Assembly (NCBI GenBank): GCA_964620365.1
Contig: CAZUIH010000001.1
Coordinates: 20,279 to 84,278, forward strand
From: an uncultured Desulfobacterales bacterium
GTDB lineage: Bacteria; Desulfobacterota; Dissulfuribacteria; Dissulfuribacterales; S140-46
Length of the DNA: 64,000 nucleotides
Direction: 5' to 3'
In this document: positions 57,038 to 64,000 of the stretch, in pieces
How positions within the stretch are numbered: position 1 is the first letter of the stretch
How the letters are laid out: each line of letters opens with the position of its first letter
Notes under the pieces: model-generated
Told to the model about the DNA's origin: nothing
Database searches by the model: none
Seen by the model: the letters and a program-made list of their open reading frames with translations, nothing else
Program-made: the position numbers and the translations under genes

Positions 57038-58819
57038 CTAGAACAGCGTTTTTTGCTTGGGTCTTATATTTTTTTTCTTCTTTTTAACCGTACTCTTTTC
57101 CTGTTCTACAAGATCTCTCGGGATCTTTGAAAGAAAAGGAGATCCCTTTCCGGGAAGCTTTTTTCCAAAAAATTTTCGGGATCGTACGTAACTAAGGAAA
57201 AGTCTCTCGGATGCCCTGGTAATTCCCACGTAGAAGAGCCTTTCCTCCTCTCTAAGGTCACTTCCCTCCCATGGAAGAATGCCTGCTTCACAGCCAATGA
57301 TGAAGACCACCGGGAATTCCAGCCCCTTTGAGGCATGAAGAGAGAGCAGGCTTACTGCCTCGATGTTAACTTCCATTCCGTCTGCCTCATGCCGTAGAAT
57401 AAGGGGTAGGCAATCCACAGCCCCATACCTGAGGACTATATTTTTCAAAGCCCGAATCTTTGGTGCGTTCAATGAGATGTCAAGTAATTCGACGATTGAA
57501 TCAAGGAGATTTTCGCCTCTAAGACCTTTTAGTTCAGGAAGGCCTTCTTGAACTTTTTTTTCGTGTCGGGGGTCATAATCGTGGATCCTTTTGAGATGAT
57601 AATCGATATTGCGGCCCCTTGATGCCTCCCACAAATGGTAAACAAGGCGTACTTCTGGATCGGACAGGAGGGTTTCCCGCATTGATCTCTGAAAAGGTAT
57701 CCCTGCCCTTGAGAGTTTATCGGCTACTACTTTGGCAAGATGATTAGTCCTGAAAAGGATGGCAAAATCTGAAAGACTTCTGAGCCCATCCTCCCCCTTG
57801 CATCCACCGTGAACGCTCTCAAAACTGAGCCCTCCGGCCATTTTCTCGATTGTCTTTGCAATCCAGCTTGCCTCGCCTTCTTGAGAGGAGAACTCCCTTG
57901 TCGTGATCAGTGGCCCCTTTCCCTTTTCGGAGGTTAAGGCACAACGGGACCTTTCCTCGGAAATGACTGCTCCTGCGGCATCCAGAAAAACCTGGGGACA
58001 ACGATAGGCGGTATCAAGTCTGATCACACATACATTGGAAAAATCTCTCTGAAACCTATCAAGGAATTCAGGGCTTGCCCCCCTGAAGCCATAAATTGCC
58101 TGGTTTGGATCCCCTATAACAGTAATTTCTCCCATTTCATGGGCCATAAGACGCAGAAGCTCGTATTGGGCCGGGCTTACGTCTTGAAATTCATCCACTA
58201 GCACATAGGGACGGGAGCAACGGAACTTCTCCCTGATATCCGGAATTGTAAGGAGTCTTATGGCTTCAAGAATGAGATCATCATAATCCCACAATCCATG
58301 CAGCCCTAACAAGGCTTCATAACTTTTATAGGCCTCAACAAAAAGAGGATCATCCTCTGCAAGTGGTGGATAGTGTTGTTTTGCCAACGAAATCCTGGAT
58401 AACAGCCTATTTTTTTTGGAAGATGCTGCCGGAATATTTTTTAAGGCCTCATGAAAAAGAAAGGTTGCCTCTTCTTCATCTATAGGGAGTCTGGCGTCCT
58501 TTCCCAATTCGCTGCGCAAGAAATTCAGGGCCCAGCTATGAAAGGTAGTTATGTAAGGGGCTTGTTGAGATATCTGATCGCAGGTGCCCTTCTCTCCAAG
58601 ACCCTCTTTTACCCTTTTTGATATTTCTCCAGCCGCCTGGTTGGTAAATGTGATAGCCAGGATATCTTCAGGCCTTGCCCTGCCTGACTTGATCAGGTTA
58701 ATTATCCTCTGGGTTAGCACCCTTGTCTTTCCGGTACCTGGACCAGCCAATACTAGGAGCGGGCCACCGGTATAAAGTACGGCCCTTTCCTGGAGAGGAT
58801 TCAACCCTAAACCCGTCAT
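57038..58819 (-). CDS. UvrD/Rep/PcrA-family (SF1) DNA helicase, short form
   Basis: Walker A AGPGTGKT, motif II VDEFQD, motif III GDPNQAIYGFRGA, and C-terminal FYVGITRA. Confidence 0.9.
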   Translation of the reverse strand: MTGLGLNPLQERAVLYTGGPLLVLAGPGTGKTRVLTQRIINLIKSGRARPEDILAITFTNQAAGEISKRVKEGLGEKGTCDQISQQAPYITTFHSWALNFLRSELGKDARLPIDEEEATFLFHEALKNIPAASSKKNRLLSRISLAKQHYPPLAEDDPLFVEAYKSYEALLGLHGLWDYDDLILEAIRLLTIPDIREKFRCSRPYVLVDEFQDVSPAQYELLRLMAHEMGEITVIGDPNQAIYGFRGASPEFLDRFQRDFSNVCVIRLDTAYRCPQVFLDAAGAVISEERSRCALTSEKGKGPLITTREFSSQEGEASWIAKTIEKMAGGLSFESVHGGCKGEDGLRSLSDFAILFRTNHLAKVVADKLSRAGIPFQRSMRETLLSDPEVRLVYHLWEASRGRNIDYHLKRIHDYDPRHEKKVQEGLPELKGLRGENLLDSIVELLDISLNAPKIRALKNIVLRYGAVDCLPLILRHEADGMEVNIEAVSLLSLHASKGLEFPVVFIIGCEAGILPWEGSDLREEERLFYVGITRASERLFLSYVRSRKFFGKKLPGKGSPFLSKIPRDLVEQEKSTVKKKKKNIRPKQKTLF

Positions 58820-60516
58820 GGCGCCTTGAAAAGATGTCTTTTTATTTTCTTTGTAGAGGTCTTTATGAACTCCTCATCCTGTAATGTAAACGATTTGATT
58901 CGCTTATACGAAGCTATTTTCTGATTTGCCCGTTTGACCTCTTTTTTTATTATTTTATACACCTGCTTTTCATCAAGCCTTTTTCCTCCGAATTGATGAC
59001 CAAGGGTTTCATAGTCTGGCACTATAACCGCCCTTACTTCCTCACCACCAGTTGGCAGGGGATGTCCGTAAACCATTGATTCGAGCACAAAGGGGCTTCT
59101 GTTTAGTTCTCCTTCCAGCTCTTCGGGATAGACATTTTTCCCAGCTGGGGTAACAATCAGATTTTTGCCTCGTCCACAGATATATAAATACCCCTTGTCA
59201 TCCTGGAAGCCCAAATCACCAGTCTTGAGCCAGCCATCCTCAGTGAGGACCTCCCTTGTAGCCACTTCATTTTGATAGTAGCCCTTCATAATCATGGGTC
59301 CCTTGAACGCCAGCTCACCCACACCAGAATCATCCGGATTCAAGACCTTCACTTCCACTGAGGGTAAAGGCTTACCTATACTTTCATCCACAGGATCTTC
59401 CACGGGATTGATGGTGAGAACCGGACTCGCCTCAGTAAGACCATATCCCTGTATCATCTTCAGGCCAAGCCGTCTGAATTCTCCAGGGATATATGGCATG
59501 AGCGGTGCCCCCCCAACTACCAAAAGACGTAGATGGCCAAGGCCAGCCTTTTCTCTTAGCCCCTTGAACAGGTGCTTCCCAAGCTCTTTCTTGCCCAGCT
59601 TTTCACCCAGTTTCACCGCTTTCATCAGACCTGTAAAGGCGCCTCTTTTAATCACGGGACTGCGCTCAACCGCCCGATGAATGGATTCGAGCATCTTTTG
59701 AAACAACAGGGGCACTCCGAGCATTACCGTGGCCCTACTGGCCTGGAGATCTTCGATAATGTACTTGGACTTGAGACTCCTGGCATAGGTAACGGTACAT
59801 CCGCTATAAAGGGGAAGCAGGAATCCAGCCGTGCATTCAAATGTGTGATGCATGGGAAGAACGGATAAAAACCGTTCTTCCCTAATATCAATAGCCGCAA
59901 AACATGCGGCCACATCTGAAATAATGTTGCCATGGGTGAGCATAACACCTTTGGGCTGCCCTGTGGTGCCGGATGTATAAATAATGGATGCGATATCATC
60001 CAGCTTCCGCCCAGGCAACTTCGCCTTGTGTTCCTTACCCAGGTTTATCAGGGCATTGAAGGAGATAACATCTCCTATAGGCTCTTCATCCTCACATGCC
60101 AGAACGATTATCTTTCTGGGACTCGGAAAACCTCTATGGGTATCCAGAAGGATATCCAGAAACTTAGGCGCAACAAATGCGTATTCCGCCTTGGAATCTG
60201 CCAGCAGATGGCGGATCTCATTTGGACTCAGCAGGGAATCCAAAGGAACGCATATCCCACCAGCGGTTTGTATAGCCAGGTAGGCCATAGCCCACTCGGG
60301 AGAATTGGGCCCCAAGATTGCGCATTTGCTGTTGGCAGAAAATCCCAGCTTGGCAAGTCCCCTGGCCAGGAGTTCCACCTTTTTGCCAAGCTCTTTATAG
60401 GTAATCCTCCTGTCTCCACCCTTCTCTCTGGCCACAAGGGCAACTTTTTCCCCAAATTTCCGGGAGCAGGCCCGAACTACTTCCGGAATAGGCAACACGT
60501 CCCAATCAGGTTTCAT
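58816..60516 (-). CDS. Long-chain fatty acid-CoA ligase (AMP-binding enzyme)
   Basis: AMP-binding motif YTSGTTGQPKGVMLTH, GYGLTE and TGDLG. Confidence 0.9.
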   Translation of the reverse strand: MKPDWDVLPIPEVVRACSRKFGEKVALVAREKGGDRRITYKELGKKVELLARGLAKLGFSANSKCAILGPNSPEWAMAYLAIQTAGGICVPLDSLLSPNEIRHLLADSKAEYAFVAPKFLDILLDTHRGFPSPRKIIVLACEDEEPIGDVISFNALINLGKEHKAKLPGRKLDDIASIIYTSGTTGQPKGVMLTHGNIISDVAACFAAIDIREERFLSVLPMHHTFECTAGFLLPLYSGCTVTYARSLKSKYIIEDLQASRATVMLGVPLLFQKMLESIHRAVERSPVIKRGAFTGLMKAVKLGEKLGKKELGKHLFKGLREKAGLGHLRLLVVGGAPLMPYIPGEFRRLGLKMIQGYGLTEASPVLTINPVEDPVDESIGKPLPSVEVKVLNPDDSGVGELAFKGPMIMKGYYQNEVATREVLTEDGWLKTGDLGFQDDKGYLYICGRGKNLIVTPAGKNVYPEELEGELNRSPFVLESMVYGHPLPTGGEEVRAVIVPDYETLGHQFGGKRLDEKQVYKIIKKEVKRANQKIASYKRIKSFTLQDEEFIKTSTKKIKRHLFKAP

Positions 60517-60523
60517 GATCTTG

Positions 60524-61747
60524 CTAGAAACTCCATTGTACTGTCATGTTGATTATGTGGGCACTTGAATCATAGGTACCGTCCAGAGTAGGCGTTGCAG
60601 GAGAGGTCTTGCTCTCTTCAACACTAAGGTATGTGTAGGCGGTATCAACCGTAAAGTTCCCATGATTGTAGCCGAAACCGATGCTAAAAAGATGGCGGTC
60701 ATTTGTGGGAAGGCTTGGATCTCTTGTTGCGTCGTCAATCGGACTCTGGTCAAACACATATGAAGCCCTGAGGGTCCATGCTGGATTAAGCCTATACTCT
60801 GTTCCAAAGCGCAGTGCGTAGACGTCATCCCAATCCTTTTCAATTCTGACAGTGCCGGGCATACCTGTGCCGGGGGCCTTGTCATAATGGAACTTCAAGG
60901 CATCATACGATGACCACCAAGTATAAAGAAAATCTGCGGAAATGGTCCAATCTTTGATAATGGTTGTGCTAATTCCCACCTGGAGGGAAGCGGGCAGCCT
61001 TAACGGAAGGTGCATATCTGAATCAAAGAACCCAGGAACATTGAGATCGTAACGGGCGGTGCCGTCAAGATCAAGCTCTACCTCGGAGCGGAAAACCACG
61101 CCCACTCTCCAGTTTTTTACCGGTTTAGCAAACATGGAGAGCACATATCCAGAACTTACATCATCTCCTTCCAGTTTCGTGGATAGGCCAGGTACCAGGG
61201 GGGAAACCTCTTTCTTCATTTCAGCATCTGCCCTCACTATCTGGGCGCCTACCCCCAAAGAAAGCCAATCAGTTATCTTGTAAGACACAGACGGAGTGAC
61301 AAAGAGGCATCTCAGTTCAGTCTTGGTTGCATAATAACGGCCTATCCAGTCGGAATCCCACTCGGTGGTCAACCCATAGGGATAGTTTACCGACAGGGAA
61401 AGGCCTATCTTGTCTTTTAAAGGCAATACAGCGTAAAAATATGGAAGAGGGTATACTTTTTCTTTCATTTGTGAATCATGACCTGGTTTGTCTAGCTCAT
61501 TATATGGCATGACGAGGGCAACCCCGGCCATTGTTCCCGGTCTTTTCATCATAGCTACTGCGGCGGGATTCATCCAGGCGCTTTCAACCGCGTCGTCAAA
61601 AGATGTCATAGCTGCACCGAGACCAGTTGCCCTGGCGGACACTTCATTAAAAAGCTGAAAACCTGCACCGTAGCCATTTCTGCCCATCCCCATCAGGACA
61701 GAAAAACACAAGAGAACAACTAAACTAAAGAAATTTTTTCCTTTCAT
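60524..61747 (-). CDS. Outer-membrane hydrophobic-compound transport protein (FadL/OMPP1/TodX family)
   Basis: Signal peptide, GAGFQLFNE...ARATGLGAAMT near the N-terminus, alternating beta-strand pattern, C-terminal aromatic residue (WSF). Adjacent to the acyl-CoA ligase gene. Confidence 0.85.
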   Translation of the reverse strand: MKGKNFFSLVVLLCFSVLMGMGRNGYGAGFQLFNEVSARATGLGAAMTSFDDAVESAWMNPAAVAMMKRPGTMAGVALVMPYNELDKPGHDSQMKEKVYPLPYFYAVLPLKDKIGLSLSVNYPYGLTTEWDSDWIGRYYATKTELRCLFVTPSVSYKITDWLSLGVGAQIVRADAEMKKEVSPLVPGLSTKLEGDDVSSGYVLSMFAKPVKNWRVGVVFRSEVELDLDGTARYDLNVPGFFDSDMHLPLRLPASLQVGISTTIIKDWTISADFLYTWWSSYDALKFHYDKAPGTGMPGTVRIEKDWDDVYALRFGTEYRLNPAWTLRASYVFDQSPIDDATRDPSLPTNDRHLFSIGFGYNHGNFTVDTAYTYLSVEESKTSPATPTLDGTYDSSAHIINMTVQWSF

Positions 61748-61915
61748 TTTCCCCTCCCTGATTTTTTTGTTCTATTTTCCCAAGTTTTGGGCGTTTGAGT
61801 TATCAGGCCCATTTCCCGGTGTCAAGTCAAAAGATTACGCTATAGATGTAATCATTTCCTATAAAGAGGATGATATTTTTTCAGAAGTTGTAGCTGGGAA
61901 GAGGAAAAGGATTTT

Positions 61916-62872
61916 TTACTTGGAGGTCGCAAGCAGGATCACATAACCACCATAAGTTAAAAGAAACAAAACACCCATCCACCGTTTTATCTCGGCTCCT
62001 ATCTTCATTGCCGGGAACAAAAGTATGGTAAGGCCGGTCATCAACGGAATGTCCCGATAAAGGGTATCCGGATTGGCAGGAATCGGTGATACCACGGCCG
62101 TCAGCCCAAGAACAATTGTGGAATTGGCTAAATTACTGCCTGCCACATTTCCGAGAACAAGGTCACTCTGTTTTCTGCGTACAGCCGCTATGGTAGTAGC
62201 AAGTTCTGGAAGGGAAGTGCCTATAGCAGTAAGGCTCAGGCCAATAATGAGTTCAGGTACCTCCAAAAGGGACGCAATGGATGTAGCTCCCCAGACCAGG
62301 AATTTTGACCCCGCTACGAGACCAACAAGACCTAGAATCACTATTGCGCTGTCATACCAAATATTATTGTCTTCTTCTAGGGCCTCTTCAAATTCAAGCT
62401 GGACCGTGTAAGGCTCTTTTTTGCTGTATATATAAAGGGTCCAGCAATAGACTACGAAGAATATGATGAGCCCAAACCCCGCTAGTCTCGAAATTTCGCC
62501 TTGGTGTACCATGAACCCTGTGGCCAAACTGAGAAAAATCAAAAATGGCACTTCTATTCTCAAAAGGCGCATATTTACAGGAAGTGCCCCGAGGGTTGCA
62601 GCGACCCCCAAGATGAGTCCAATGTTGGCGATATTGCTCCCGAGGATGTTTCCAAGAGCGATATCGGGACTCCCGGAAAGGGCAGCCGAAATCGAGACGC
62701 CCATTTCTGGGGCAGAAGTTCCAAATGCCACAATGGTAAGCCCTATTACCAGTGGGCTTAACCCCAGACTCTTGGCTATCCGTATAGAGCCAGCAACAAA
62801 CATCTCCGCTCCTCCAAAAAGGAGCACGAATCCCAAAATTAAGCCTAATAAAGGCAAAAGCCATAGGAGCAT
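61916..62872 (-). CDS. Calcium/cation antiporter (CaCA family, YrbG-like)
   Basis: Two alpha-repeats: GTSAPEMGVS...GNILGSNIANI and GTSLPELATT...GNVAGSNLAN. Confidence 0.9.
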   Translation of the reverse strand: MLLWLLPLLGLILGFVLLFGGAEMFVAGSIRIAKSLGLSPLVIGLTIVAFGTSAPEMGVSISAALSGSPDIALGNILGSNIANIGLILGVAATLGALPVNMRLLRIEVPFLIFLSLATGFMVHQGEISRLAGFGLIIFFVVYCWTLYIYSKKEPYTVQLEFEEALEEDNNIWYDSAIVILGLVGLVAGSKFLVWGATSIASLLEVPELIIGLSLTAIGTSLPELATTIAAVRRKQSDLVLGNVAGSNLANSTIVLGLTAVVSPIPANPDTLYRDIPLMTGLTILLFPAMKIGAEIKRWMGVLFLLTYGGYVILLATSK

Positions 62873-62927
62873 TTTGCAATCTCTTTCAAAGCATAGATAT
62901 GGTTAGGCCTAAATCCAATCTGCATAG

Positions 62928-63647
62928 TTATGCAATAGGCCTGTTATCATCATCAAGTAGCTGACAGACGTGTTGCCAAACGATTTTTGTCAGTTCCTCC
63001 TTGGAAAGGCCGTTATATTGGCGGTTAGTTGATATGGGTGAACCGATTCTCACAATAACATGGCCTGGCCGCATTTTCAGGCTTCCTTTAGGAAGAATCC
63101 TCTGACTCCCACTTATACCCACTGGTACTATAGGCACATCAGCTTTTTGAGCCAGAAATATGCTACCAGTCTTGAATGGTCGAAGGCGTCCGTCTGGACT
63201 TCTTGTGCCTTCGGGGAAAACCACTACAGATATCCCGTTTTTTATTTTTTGAGCGGCATCTTTCAGGCTTTTTAAAGCCGCCTTGCCTCCACTTCTGTCT
63301 ATGGGGATATAACCTGTTCGCCTCATCGCCAAGCCAAAAAGAGGTATCTTGAACAGCTCCTTTTTTACGATAAACCTGAACTGCACTGGAAGTGCTACGG
63401 TCAGGATCGGAATATCAAATTGACTGGCGTGGTTACAGGCGAACACGACTGGAATACCAGGCGGTATATTGTCGACACCTTCCACATGAATAGTGACTCC
63501 GGATATTAAAAGCACAATCCGGGACCAGATCCTTGATATTGAATGGGCCAGATTGCCGGAACCTGTAATGATGCCCGAAATTATGGCCAAAGGGCTTAAA
63601 ACCAGAAAGCTCAGGACAATAAAAAAGATTGCAAAAAAAGCTCTCAT
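62928..63647 (-). CDS. plsC: 1-acyl-sn-glycerol-3-phosphate acyltransferase
   Basis: Acyltransferase motifs NHASQFD and FPEGTRS. N-terminal TM. Confidence 0.9.
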   Translation of the reverse strand: MRAFFAIFFIVLSFLVLSPLAIISGIITGSGNLAHSISRIWSRIVLLISGVTIHVEGVDNIPPGIPVVFACNHASQFDIPILTVALPVQFRFIVKKELFKIPLFGLAMRRTGYIPIDRSGGKAALKSLKDAAQKIKNGISVVVFPEGTRSPDGRLRPFKTGSIFLAQKADVPIVPVGISGSQRILPKGSLKMRPGHVIVRIGSPISTNRQYNGLSKEELTKIVWQHVCQLLDDDNRPIA

Positions 63648-63841
63648 ATCTCCTCGCTGCCATCCTTGAGATGTGGACCTATTTCAAACACTACAGGACG
63701 CTTTTTGGCAAGCCTTTTTGGTGATCAAAAACAGTATCGTCAACGAGCTAAACCCAGATCCATACTTGTCTAAAATAATATGGAAGACAGGTTATTAAAG
63801 AAAAATGGCAGCACGACTCGTTGAAAGGTGGGCGACAGGTA

Positions 63842-64000
63842 TTACTCATCCTTCCAAAAGATACATTGAGCAGGACAGCTATCTATAGCCTCCTGAACGG
63901 TGTCTTCTGGACAATCAAAACTGATTACCTCTGCATGGTCCATTGTTTCTTCATCAAACTGGAAGCACTCCGGGCAGATGGAAGCGCAAGTACCACATAA
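63842..64000 (-). CDS. Ferredoxin-like iron-sulfur protein, C-terminal part (truncated by the window edge)
   Basis: Hand translation of the minus strand: ...LCGTCASICPECFQFDEETMDHAEVISFDCPEDTVQEAIDSCPAQCIFWKDE*. It has Cys-Pro cluster motifs. The frame is open to the window end. Confidence 0.6.
   Translation of the reverse strand, partial: LCGTCASICPECFQFDEETMDHAEVISFDCPEDTVQEAIDSCPAQCIFWKDE

Overview
The window is a gene-dense chromosomal segment from a Gram-negative bacterium. Most of it is housekeeping. MreBCD, Lgt, FadL, a YidC with a large periplasmic domain, GH57, LarC, ThyX and many REC/GGDEF/HDOD signalling genes suggest a deltaproteobacterial/Desulfobacterota-like lineage, but that is inference only. 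I saw no rRNA, tRNA, CRISPR array, transposase or integrase.

Gene order:
- mreD-mreC-mreB (-)
- rpmH-rnpA-yidD-yidC-jag-mnmE-suhB-like-NUDIX (+)
- REC-GGDEF, CheY-like REC, GalT-like, GH57, dksA-like, moaC, dnaJ, rpoZ (-)
- A polysaccharide-type block (+): TPR protein, SDR epimerase, WecA::CapD-N fusion
- M18 aminopeptidase, thyX, nadB, TVP38, larC, pgpA, cinA, thpR (+)
- A signalling locus of about 16.5 kb (30.7-47.3 kb)
- rlmN, pfk (-), a 0.9 kb gene-poor spacer, a hypothetical gene, lgt (+)
- znuA-like, pseudoREC-GGDEF, HDOD, small ORF, gatA, gatC, UvrD-like helicase, fadD-like, fadL, CaCA antiporter, plsC and a partial ferredoxin (-)

The part most worth following up is the signalling locus. 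It holds a cheW-MCP operon (+). Convergent to that is an operon mglB-mglA-(542-aa acidic protein)-(TPR-fused PilB/GspE-type ATPase) (-). Divergent from the mgl operon is HDOD-(three tandem REC-CheB-like genes)-cheY-cheA (+). By eye, all three CheB-like domains lack the catalytic His, and one carries an N-terminal PATAN/DUF4388 domain. No cheR is present. Both plus-strand operons are preceded by sigma-28-type promoter matches.

My hypothesis is that this is an undescribed coupling of a methylation-independent chemosensory pathway to a MglA/MglB polarity GTPase module and a TPR-fused secretion/pilus-type motor ATPase.

All domain calls come from by-eye motif recognition. No searches were run.
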